From contig JAWXCN010000054.1 in assembly GCA_034408725.1 (NCBI GenBank), positions 1 to 32,610 of the forward strand: 32,610 nt of DNA. Direction: 5' to 3'. Position numbers and translations under genes: made by a program. This document shows positions 18,765-27,146 of this stretch, one piece after another. Within the stretch, counting starts at the first letter, position 1. Each line of letters starts with the position of its first letter. Under the pieces are notes generated by a model. That model saw nothing but the letters and a program-made list of their open reading frames with translations, had not been told where the DNA came from and searched no databases. The stretch is from Candidatus Hydrogenedentota bacterium. GTDB taxonomy: Bacteria > Hydrogenedentota > Hydrogenedentia > Hydrogenedentales > SLHB01.

Positions 18765-20303
18765 ATGGTTCCATTGCTACTAGGAGTTGACATCGGCGCG
18801 ACCTCAATCAAGGCGGGGGTCTTTGGCCTCGACGGAAAGCTAATCACTGCTATCGCGCGTCGAAATGCGCCCGTTCCGGATCCGCATGGCCAGCCGGGGT
18901 GGCTAGTCTGGAATCCCGATATGCTCTGGAACCATGTATGCCTCTGCATCCGGCAATGCATCGATGCTATTGGAGATGCATCGGCAATCAAAGGAGTTGC
19001 GTGCACCGGTTTCGGCGCCGATGGCGTGCCGGTAGCCCGCGACGGCGTCGCTCTTTATCCCTTCATCAGTTGGCATTGCGCGCGGACGGTACCGGAGCGG
19101 CTGATAATATCTGAGCGCGTCAGTGATGCGGAAATATATGGAATCACGGGATACCACAACTATCCGATCAATACCGCGAACCGTTTGCTATGGTTCCGGC
19201 GCCATCGTCCGGACGTGTTGGAAAAGACGTTTCGCTGGTTGTGGATTCAGGATTATGTCGTTTTCAAGCTGTCTGGCGAATTCAGCACGGAATGCACCAT
19301 CGCCTCAACATCGATGCTGCTAGATCTGGGCAAGCGCGCATGGTCGCCACGAATGTTGGACGCTGCGGAGGTTGACCCCGGAATTATGCCGGTGGCGAGC
19401 GAAGCAGGGACGCAAACCGGCGCGGTAACGACACGAGCCGCTGCGGAGACGGGACTGACTGCCGGGACTCCCGTCGTGACGGGAGGTCACGACTGCGAAG
19501 TCGCAGTGCTTGGCGCTGGGGTTAACGATGCCGATACCTGGATAGATGTCACGGGGACTTGGGAAATCCTTATTGCGACCATTGATGAGTTTCGTCCGAC
19601 GCCGGAACACCGTGCGAACGGACTTGATTTTGAATGCCATGCGCTTCCCGGCCAATGGATATGTCAAAGTCTGATGATTGCCGGGGCGGTTATCGAGTGG
19701 GTCCGCTCGAACTTTTACAGAGATGTGCCGGAAGCCGATGGTTATCGAAGAATGTTTGTGGAAGCTGAGACGCCATCCAATGGCGTGTACATGCTTCCGG
19801 GTTTTATGCGCGGAATGGGCCCGGATGCGAGCCGTCATACAATGGGGACAATCCTCGGGCTTCAAACGATGACGTCTCGCGGGCAGATTGTTCGCGCCGC
19901 GTTGGAAGGACTTTGTTTTCAATTGCAAAACCAGATTGGTGCAATCACGAATGTCGTGGGCAAGAAACCTCAACGTCTTCGGGTCGTGGGTGGCGGTCAG
20001 AAGAACCCGCTGTGGCTGCAACTCAAGGCGGACATCACGGGGTTGCCGGTAGAAATCACGGGGAATCCCGAGGTTACGCTGCTTGGCGCAGCGATACTCG
20101 CGGGCATTGGCGTGGGTTTATACAGGGACCACCACGAGGCAATGTCCCGAATTGAATTACGGACGGAGTGCGTTGCTCCAAATCTGCGACTTCATTCCGA
20201 CTATCAGGACCATTTCACCAAGGTCTACGCTCCGTTACCTGCGGCGTTGCAGTCGATCTATAAGGAAGCAAGCGATTTGATCGCCATAGACGGCCCACGA
20301 TAG
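18765..20303 (+). CDS. FGGY carbohydrate kinase, closest in motif pattern to L-fuculokinase
   Basis: GVDIGATSIK, TGFGADG...LYPFISWHCART, GGHD, GTWEIL, VVGGGQKNPLWLQLKAD. The YPxISWxCxRT and GTWEIL patterns match FucK as I recall it. Confidence 0.88.
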   Translation: MVPLLLGVDIGATSIKAGVFGLDGKLITAIARRNAPVPDPHGQPGWLVWNPDMLWNHVCLCIRQCIDAIGDASAIKGVACTGFGADGVPVARDGVALYPFISWHCARTVPERLIISERVSDAEIYGITGYHNYPINTANRLLWFRRHRPDVLEKTFRWLWIQDYVVFKLSGEFSTECTIASTSMLLDLGKRAWSPRMLDAAEVDPGIMPVASEAGTQTGAVTTRAAAETGLTAGTPVVTGGHDCEVAVLGAGVNDADTWIDVTGTWEILIATIDEFRPTPEHRANGLDFECHALPGQWICQSLMIAGAVIEWVRSNFYRDVPEADGYRRMFVEAETPSNGVYMLPGFMRGMGPDASRHTMGTILGLQTMTSRGQIVRAALEGLCFQLQNQIGAITNVVGKKPQRLRVVGGGQKNPLWLQLKADITGLPVEITGNPEVTLLGAAILAGIGVGLYRDHHEAMSRIELRTECVAPNLRLHSDYQDHFTKVYAPLPAALQSIYKEASDLIAIDGPR

Positions 20304-20372
20304 AGGTTTGGTAGACTCGTGGGAAATATGATGCTGTGTCGCTGCTCGCGAATTTAATAAAGGAGTGCTCGG

Positions 20373-22715
20373 ATGAACTGGCGCTTGTGTATTGCGATGG
20401 GGATCATGCTATCGGCATTCGCGGCGGAGCCGTTGCGGGGCATTGAGACCGATACCTTTGAACAGGAAATAGGCCGCAAGTTTGGTGTAGAACACGGATT
20501 GCCTGACAAAGACGTGCTCGGCATCGCCCTTACCCGTGAGGATCGCGTGTACGCGGCGACAGCAAAAGGCTTGGCTAGATTTGACCCGGATAAGAATGTG
20601 TGGAATCCGGTGGAGGGCCTCGATTCCGTGCCGCTGGTCGCGGTGGCGCATCACGGCCCAAACGTGCTTGCGGCGACGCCGGACACGGTGTACGTCGTGT
20701 CTCAATTATCCGCGGACGCTTTGTTCGCATTGCCGGATGAAAATGGAAGTATTACGTGTCTCCTCGCTGGGACGGACGATGGCGACGGCATGGTGGGCAC
20801 AACAAAGGGCGTATTTTTGTTTGATCAATCTGGTATTCAGCCGATTCCCGACTTGGCGGTTTTATTGGCCGACGCGCCCCATGTTCACGGAATTGCTTTC
20901 AACTCGAAATACGAAATTGCTGTAGCCGCCGATGCCGGGTTGTTCTTGATGGATCAGGAGAAGAACTGGTCGGCGCAAACGCCTGACGACGGCCGGCGCC
21001 GCTGGGATTTGGTCAATGTGCGCGGCGTTAGTTATCTTGGCGATGAGTCACTTTGGTTTGCATCTCCCCAAGGAATCGGCAGCAAGAGCGGGGAACTCTG
21101 GAAACTTTACAGCACCGAAGACGGTTTGCCGTACGACGAATTTTCGTGTACAGCGCCGTTCGCGCATGAAACCGCATGGTTTGGTACAAAGCTGGGCGCG
21201 CTTTCATTTGATGGCGAGCATTGGGGATATCGGCAAGGCAAGCGTTGGTTGCCGGGGGATGACGTGCGCGCTATCGCAGTCGATAAGAACGGCGCGGCAT
21301 GGTTTGCGACGGACAACGGCGTCGGGGTCATTGAGCGTGTGCCAATGACGTTGAAGGAAAAGGCAAAGCGGTTCGAAGACCAGATCGACAAATATCACCG
21401 GCGCACGCCATACGAGTTTGTGTTGTCGGTCTCGTTGGACAAACCTGGCGACCTGGAAGGCGGGTTCAAACAGCACGACAGCGACAACGATGGGTTGTGG
21501 ACGGGCATGTATGGCGCGGGCGAGTGCTTTGCATACGCGGCGACGAAAGACCCCAAAGCGAAGGAACGGGCGAAGAAAGCGTTTGAGGCGTTACGGTTTC
21601 TCGGCGAAGTGACGCAGGGGGGCGAGTTGTCGCCGCCGAAGGGATTCGTGGCGCGGAGCATCATGCCGACCGATGGCCCCGATCCAAATGTGGGCCGGGA
21701 TGATGCAAAGAAACAACGCGAGGAAGACGCGCTGTGGAAGACGCATTCGCCGTGGTGGCCGAAGAGTGCGGACGGAAAGTGGTATTGGAAGTCCGATACG
21801 AGTTCCGACGAGTTGGATGGCCATTATTTTTTCTATGCCTGTTACTACGACCTTGTCGCCGAGACAGACGAAGAAAAGGCCCGGGTGCGCGAGCACGTAC
21901 TGGCGCTAACCGATCATCTCATCGATCACGACTTTGATCTGGTTGACTACGATGGAAAGCCGACACGGTGGGGGCGATATAGTCCGAAGAATTGGGACGA
22001 CGTGGCGTCGTGGTGGGCTGGTCGCGGGTTAAACTCACTCAGCATTCTGTCTTACCTGAAGGTTGCGGAGCACATGAGCGGCGGTGACTCAAAGTATCGC
22101 GACGCCTATGAGTATCTTGTGAAGGAACATCGCTACGATTTGAACACGATGATTCCGAAATGGCAGCTCTGCCCCGGATGCGGAAACCAATCCGACGACG
22201 AAATGGGTTTCATGAGCTTCTACAATCTCATGAAATATGAAGATGATCCACAACGGAAGGAGAATTATGCGTTTGCGTTTTATAACTATTGGATGATCGA
22301 AGAGCCGGAATTGAACCCGCTTTTCAACTATATGTACGCGTCACAATGCTGGGGTATGGAGCATGTGAACCCGTGGGGACCGATTGATCTGACTCCGCGT
22401 GGCACATGGCTCAAGGATTCACTGGACACCCTCGAGCGCTACCCACTTGACCGTATCGAATGGTCCATAACGAACGGCCACCGGAAGGACATCGTTCCCC
22501 TGCGGCCGCACACGCGGGAGCGCGGTGGAGAACGGGGGCACGGCCACCTTCCGTCCGGGTACGTGTTGCCAATTGACGAGCGTAGCGTCGAGCATTGGAG
22601 CCAGGATGCTTGGGCGCTTGATTACGGTGGGGCGGGGCGCCAATTGAGCGACCCGGCGTCGTTTCTGTTGCCCTACTACATGGGGTTGTATCACGGCTTC
22701 ATTTTGGAGAACTGA
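20373..22715 (+). CDS. Secreted protein with an N-terminal beta-propeller (two-component regulator propeller-like) and a C-terminal helical domain of unknown function
   Basis: SD AAAGGAG and signal peptide. Repeats GLPDKDV, EDGLPYD, WFGTKLG, LPGDDVRAIAVD...WFATDNG. C-terminal acidic motifs DSDNDGLW, DTSSDE, NQSDDEM. Confidence 0.8.
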   Translation: MNWRLCIAMGIMLSAFAAEPLRGIETDTFEQEIGRKFGVEHGLPDKDVLGIALTREDRVYAATAKGLARFDPDKNVWNPVEGLDSVPLVAVAHHGPNVLAATPDTVYVVSQLSADALFALPDENGSITCLLAGTDDGDGMVGTTKGVFLFDQSGIQPIPDLAVLLADAPHVHGIAFNSKYEIAVAADAGLFLMDQEKNWSAQTPDDGRRRWDLVNVRGVSYLGDESLWFASPQGIGSKSGELWKLYSTEDGLPYDEFSCTAPFAHETAWFGTKLGALSFDGEHWGYRQGKRWLPGDDVRAIAVDKNGAAWFATDNGVGVIERVPMTLKEKAKRFEDQIDKYHRRTPYEFVLSVSLDKPGDLEGGFKQHDSDNDGLWTGMYGAGECFAYAATKDPKAKERAKKAFEALRFLGEVTQGGELSPPKGFVARSIMPTDGPDPNVGRDDAKKQREEDALWKTHSPWWPKSADGKWYWKSDTSSDELDGHYFFYACYYDLVAETDEEKARVREHVLALTDHLIDHDFDLVDYDGKPTRWGRYSPKNWDDVASWWAGRGLNSLSILSYLKVAEHMSGGDSKYRDAYEYLVKEHRYDLNTMIPKWQLCPGCGNQSDDEMGFMSFYNLMKYEDDPQRKENYAFAFYNYWMIEEPELNPLFNYMYASQCWGMEHVNPWGPIDLTPRGTWLKDSLDTLERYPLDRIEWSITNGHRKDIVPLRPHTRERGGERGHGHLPSGYVLPIDERSVEHWSQDAWALDYGGAGRQLSDPASFLLPYYMGLYHGFILEN

Positions 22716-22745
22716 TTCTCGCCGGTTTCCGGAAAGTTTCACCTG

Positions 22746-25409
22746 TTAAGCCGGTTTGTATTCTTCAACTTGAACTTCACCGATGTCGACAGTTTCGCCC
22801 GGGCTGACCTCAATGGTTCCGGATTCCCACGCCCAACTTTTTCGGTTCTCGTCATGCCAGAACAAGGTCATACGAAATGATGTGGCAGGCACAGAACTGG
22901 GATTGATGCTTGGGTCTTTTTCGAGCGTAAAGTACCCGTTCCAATTGGTTGTTGTCGATAACGGTCCGTAGGATTCACCGTTATCCAGCGTGAGCCCGCA
23001 ATAAAAACTCGCCCCGCGCAGCACAGAACCCTCCGGGCCCAAAAGACGGCCTACCATACGCCCTTCTTCGTGTAGCTGCACAACAAGTTCTACTTCCGCG
23101 CTAAATCGGGCGGACCTTGCGGATATGTACGGTGTTGATTCGCCGGGCCGGGCCTCGAAATAGCAGGACAGGCCGGGCTGGAAACCGTCGTATGAAAAGC
23201 GGCCAGAAGCGTCAGCGTACACTGTTTTTCTTGCACTTGCGCCACCGGGCGTCAAATCATGCATGATGGCCTTTACTTGAATGTTGTCCACTACAGAATT
23301 GCCATCGCGATCTACGAAGTACACTGACGCGGAGTAACTGGCTGGAAGTATCAAATCGATCTGGCGCGTGCCGCCCGATTGGATATCGACAGATGTGGCG
23401 AGTTCGATGGAGTGTTCGGATAGCTGTTTATCGTACGACGGCCGCGTCAACAACGGGGCGACAACGCTTTCACCCGCGCACGCAAAGAGTTCGAGGGAGT
23501 ACGCGCCGGAATCATCTGTTTGGGTTTCACCGGTGATCTTTCCGTCAAGCGCCCAAACGACGAACGTGCCGGGCGAGGGCTCGTGTGTTGCTTCATTGCG
23601 TACCGTTCCATGCACCGTCATCGCATCCTTCAACACATGATCCCAGGATCGTTTCTCTCCTCCGTCTATAAAGCCAAGCTGGATGGTGGCTGAAGCAGGG
23701 GTTCCTTGTTTTCCAAGAACTTGAATTTGGTAGTGCCTACTCTCTATTTCATCGATTGCGTAATCGCCATTGTCATCGGTGATGGCTGTGTATGCGGGTA
23801 ATTCGTTGTCGGTCGGACCATCCTGCTCCCCTTTTCCATCCAGACGAATGGTGTAACCCGAAGCCGGGAGGTTGTCGATTGTGGTGATTTTGCCGTGAAG
23901 CGTGGCATGTCCGGCCAATACCAGTTCGATGCGGGCGCCTTCGTATGGTTTCATATCTCCAAAAACCGAGTGCCCATAAGACTCATGGTAGACGAAGAAG
24001 GTCAATAACTTATTATCGACGGGTTGACCCATAGAAAACGTGCCATCAAGTTGCGAACGTAGGACAACGCCAGTGTCCGTGCACAGGATGGTAGCGTTAC
24101 CGACGGGCGTTCCAACGGGAGAAAGCACAATACCTTGCAAGGTATTGCTGAAATCCAGAATAAAATCGAGACCAGTTACTTCCGCGCCCGGTAAAAGAGC
24201 AACTTCTCCGACCCTTCCGTCAACAACACGATATCCCTGCGCATTTACCGCCACGAATGCGCGTCCCTGATAGCGAATGCCTTCAATATTAAACGTGCCA
24301 TCAGGCTTTGACGTGGTAAGTGAGATGTGGTGCGACGCGCCAATCAGGTGTTGCAACGTTGCTGCCTCCTTAATGCCAGGCGCATTCTTTTCGACTCCCC
24401 ATGCAACGATTGAAACTTGTGCTCCTTGGATCGGTCGCCCCTCGGTGTCGGATACAGTTCCGGATATTGAGACGTAGTCTGCCGAATCGGCGATTTCGCC
24501 TGGTTCTCGCTTAACCGCTGGGCTTGCGGCAGGCGCGATGGCATGTGAGAGTTGAATTTGGTTAGGGGCGGGATTTATTGATGGTGTTGCCGGGGCAGCA
24601 TGGTCAACGCGCACAGGCCGCGGCGCCGCGGGCTTCGGGACTGTGCTTGCGTAGAAAGCAAACGTTGCCACGAGAACCGCGAGCACTACTATCAAGACAG
24701 TTTTCTTCATGATAATTCCCCCGAGTGCCATGCTTGAAATTCCACCGCCAATGGACGCTCCACCGTTTGCAACAAGGATTCGCCCGGTACCGGCGAGAGC
24801 GAGTTTTTCAAGCGCTGCTGATAAGCAATTGGGCATCGCGGCAGAAGCGTTTTCGGCGAAAAATGATGCAATTGCCACCGCAGAGACCGGCACGCCGCGA
24901 CGCCGAAGCGTCTCGCGAAGGCGATCAATCCCTTTCTTCAGCCGATGCGAGACAGCCTGTTGTGTCAAGCCGAGGTCTTGCGCGATGTCCTGTTGTGAGC
25001 GGCCTTCAAGGAAATGGGCGATGACAATGGCGCGCGCGTCGTCTGGAAGCGCTGCAATCGCGGCGTCGACATGTTCGAGCAAATCGTCCATGTGTACCGT
25101 TGGCGGTTCAAGGGATGTGAGTCGCGCATGCCGCGCTTCCCGACGGATATCAACTTTCCGGCGATCAAACGCGCGCGTTGTGGCGACGCGATGCAACCAA
25201 GGACCGATGAACGAGTCAATGCGCGCAGTCGACTGCGCCAGTATCACGAAGCAATCCTGGGTGACTTCCTCGGCGTCGTGACTGTTTTTGAGAATGCGCA
25301 TACAAGTGGCATAGACCATCCGCGCGTGACGCTGAAGCAAAACGTGGAATGCTTCGGCGTCGCGCCGAGAGCGCCAGGATTCGATAAGATGTGCGTCCGT
25401 TGGTGACAC
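22746..25409 (-). CDS. ECF sigma-70 factor with a transmembrane helix and a long C-terminal extension of carboxypeptidase-regulatory-like beta-sandwich repeats
   Basis: Sigma2 (MVYATCMRIL..DAEEVTQDCF...WLHRVA) and sigma4 (LEGRSQQDIAQDLG..QQAVSHRL). TM segment TVLIVVLAVLVATFAF. Repeats ISGTVSDTEGRPIQGAQV, LQGIVLSPVGTPV, TDDNGDYAI, TDDSGAY. GTG start with AAAGG upstream. Confidence 0.9.
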   Translation of the reverse strand: MSPTDAHLIESWRSRRDAEAFHVLLQRHARMVYATCMRILKNSHDAEEVTQDCFVILAQSTARIDSFIGPWLHRVATTRAFDRRKVDIRREARHARLTSLEPPTVHMDDLLEHVDAAIAALPDDARAIVIAHFLEGRSQQDIAQDLGLTQQAVSHRLKKGIDRLRETLRRRGVPVSAVAIASFFAENASAAMPNCLSAALEKLALAGTGRILVANGGASIGGGISSMALGGIIMKKTVLIVVLAVLVATFAFYASTVPKPAAPRPVRVDHAAPATPSINPAPNQIQLSHAIAPAASPAVKREPGEIADSADYVSISGTVSDTEGRPIQGAQVSIVAWGVEKNAPGIKEAATLQHLIGASHHISLTTSKPDGTFNIEGIRYQGRAFVAVNAQGYRVVDGRVGEVALLPGAEVTGLDFILDFSNTLQGIVLSPVGTPVGNATILCTDTGVVLRSQLDGTFSMGQPVDNKLLTFFVYHESYGHSVFGDMKPYEGARIELVLAGHATLHGKITTIDNLPASGYTIRLDGKGEQDGPTDNELPAYTAITDDNGDYAIDEIESRHYQIQVLGKQGTPASATIQLGFIDGGEKRSWDHVLKDAMTVHGTVRNEATHEPSPGTFVVWALDGKITGETQTDDSGAYSLELFACAGESVVAPLLTRPSYDKQLSEHSIELATSVDIQSGGTRQIDLILPASYSASVYFVDRDGNSVVDNIQVKAIMHDLTPGGASARKTVYADASGRFSYDGFQPGLSCYFEARPGESTPYISARSARFSAEVELVVQLHEEGRMVGRLLGPEGSVLRGASFYCGLTLDNGESYGPLSTTTNWNGYFTLEKDPSINPSSVPATSFRMTLFWHDENRKSWAWESGTIEVSPGETVDIGEVQVEEYKPA

Positions 25410-25479
25410 AGCGGGCCTTTCTGTTCCGAAAGTAATGTACCTGGAGAACGACGCGGAGGCGCCGGTTACAAAGCAAAAA

Positions 25480-25509
25480 TTGACCTGATGAGGGTCTATT
25501 TTCTACACT
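25480..25509 (+). promoter_or_regulatory. Sigma-70 promoter for tRNA-Leu
   Basis: TTGACC (25480-25485), 18-nt spacer, TACACT (25504-25509), about 30 nt before the tRNA. Confidence 0.6.
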
Positions 25510-25538
25510 ATAGTTTCGTTCGCCAAGTGATATTTTCC

Positions 25539-25625
25539 GCCGGAGTGGTGAAATTGGCAGACACGCACGGTTCAGGGCCGTGTGGGCGCAAGCCCGTGGG
25601 GGTTCAAGTCCCTTCTCCGGCACCA
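25539..25625 (+). tRNA. tRNA-Leu (anticodon CAG)
   Basis: Acceptor stem GCCGGAG/CTCCGGC followed by ACCA. D arm GTGGTGAAATTGGCAGACAC. Anticodon arm CACGG-TTCAGGG-CCGTG. Long variable arm GGGC-GCAA-GCCC. T loop GGTTCAAGTCC. Length 87 nt. Confidence 0.97.
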
Positions 25626-25638
25626 TAAAGCTTATAGT

Positions 25639-25669
25639 TGAAGGCCGCGCCCGACAGGCGTGGCCTTCA
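25639..25669 (+). terminator. Stable hairpin after tRNA-Leu, putative terminator or processing stem
   Basis: TGAAGGCCGCGCC-CGACA-GGCGTGGCCTTCA: a 13-bp stem with one G-U pair, followed by only a weak U tract (GTCGTTTC). Confidence 0.6.
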
Positions 25670-25703
25670 GTCGTTTCAGGTGTACTATCAGGAGGTACGG
25701 GTA

Positions 25704-26600
25704 ATGCGATGGATAACACAATTGACGATGGTATTGGCACTCGGCGCCGTTTGCGCCATCGCCGAACCGAGACACGAAATATCGATTGATGGGACATTTT
25801 CAGATTGGGATGCTGTGCCGTCGCATTCGGACACCGAAGGCGATCCCCACGATACCGATCACGACCAGCAAGGTGACACGCCCGCTCTCGTAAGCCATCC
25901 TGACGTGGACTTGCTGGAGTATAAATTTACGCACGACAAAAAGAACCTGTACGCCTATTTTCGCGCGGTGGGTGAGATTGGCCGCACGCAAAACGAAGGC
26001 GATGGGCCGGCGGGACGTTATTACGTCATCGTAACCATTGATGTCGATAACAAGCTGAAGACGGGATACTGGCTTCACGAGGGCGGGTATTATCCAACAA
26101 CCCGCGGCTACGACATGAACATGGAGGTCGAGTATTACAACGGCGCATTCAACACGGGTCACTATCTGAACCACGGCGCGCGCAATCAGACTGAACTGGA
26201 TCAGGCCATGCTGGATCAGGCGAACGGATTCGTACACGTCCGCAAGGGGACCTACGACTACTATTCCCAGTGGGTTTGGTGGGATCTGCCGCAGGGGAAT
26301 CCCGGCGAAATTACGCTGCCGAATGGGGACGACACCATCATTTGGGTATCCGATCGAGGCCCGGTGTACCAAGGCATAATCACCATCGCGCTATCTCCGG
26401 ACAAACATGAGGCGGAGATGAAGGCGCCGTTCCGCGGGTTCATGGTGAACCACAAGGACAAGCCGATCATCAAACTCGGCAAGACCATCCGCGTATCGTT
26501 TTCCCTGGAAGCGAGCAGCGAGCTTGCGCCCGGCGGACAATGGGCGTCTGATACCGCGGCTCCCGTAACGTACACGCTCGACCGTAACAAGGCGAAGTAG
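25704..26600 (+). CDS. Secreted protein of unknown function with a DOMON/CBM9-like N-terminal signature
   Basis: ATG 25704 follows GGAGG. Signal peptide ends AIA-E. ISIDGTFSDW...D..GD....DLLEYKFTHDKKNLYAYF pattern. Confidence 0.75.
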   Translation: MRWITQLTMVLALGAVCAIAEPRHEISIDGTFSDWDAVPSHSDTEGDPHDTDHDQQGDTPALVSHPDVDLLEYKFTHDKKNLYAYFRAVGEIGRTQNEGDGPAGRYYVIVTIDVDNKLKTGYWLHEGGYYPTTRGYDMNMEVEYYNGAFNTGHYLNHGARNQTELDQAMLDQANGFVHVRKGTYDYYSQWVWWDLPQGNPGEITLPNGDDTIIWVSDRGPVYQGIITIALSPDKHEAEMKAPFRGFMVNHKDKPIIKLGKTIRVSFSLEASSELAPGGQWASDTAAPVTYTLDRNKAK

Positions 26601-26620
26601 CAGCGCCAAAAAAAGAGTGC

Positions 26621-26673
26621 TTGACGGCGAGACGGCTTCATGTATATAGTTTGTATATGAACGGTATATATAG
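26621..26673 (+). promoter_or_regulatory. Sigma-70 promoter overlapped by three GTATAT direct repeats at 11-bp spacing
   Basis: TTGACG at 26621-26626 and TATAGT at 26645-26650. GTATAT starts at 26642, 26653 and 26664. Confidence 0.6.
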
Positions 26674-26690
26674 GAGCTAATAGAATTCCC

Positions 26691-27146
26691 ATGATCGGGT
26701 ATGCATCACAACGGTGGGCAGCAATATTGTGGCTGCTTCTGGCCCTATTTGTTTTGCGCGTTGCGGGGCAGTTGGCGGTTGCCTATTTTGATGTCGCCTG
26801 GCTGCCACCGATGGAGGAATGGTATTCCGGTTTGATCCCGTACAGACCCTTACTCGCCGCCCAGATCATCATTATTGGCGTTTATGCGAAAGTGTGTGTC
26901 GATTTTCAGCGCGGCGCCGGATTTTTTGTGACGGCCCGCCCGGTATTTGGGCGCGGTGTCTTGATATCTGGTTATGTGTATTTCGTGGGTATGGTCTTTC
27001 GCTATATGGTGCGGATGGCAATGCTTCCTGATGAGCGCTGGTTGGGCGGCTGTATCCCAATTGTGTTTCACTGGGTGCTGGCGAGTTTCATCATTGTGTT
27101 CGGGCACTATCACCGTTCGCATATTCATATGGAGGGTACGCCATGA
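26691..27146 (+). CDS. Small integral membrane protein (about 4 TM helices), unknown function
   Basis: Four hydrophobic segments with loop WLPPMEEWYSGLIPY. ATGA overlap with the next gene. Confidence 0.8.
   Translation: MIGYASQRWAAILWLLLALFVLRVAGQLAVAYFDVAWLPPMEEWYSGLIPYRPLLAAQIIIIGVYAKVCVDFQRGAGFFVTARPVFGRGVLISGYVYFVGMVFRYMVRMAMLPDERWLGGCIPIVFHWVLASFIIVFGHYHRSHIHMEGTP

Noticed and set aside
25447..25470. Possible autoregulatory ECF promoter TGTAAC...CGTT on the minus strand
   Set aside because: The spacer is only 14 nt, shorter than typical ECF promoters, so it is not supportable without a group-specific motif.
25216..25797. 193-aa minus-strand ORF and 69-aa plus-strand ORF across the tRNA
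   Set aside because: Both overlap the tRNA and flanking genes. The VPEKGLEPPR string is the typical translation of an antisense tRNA.
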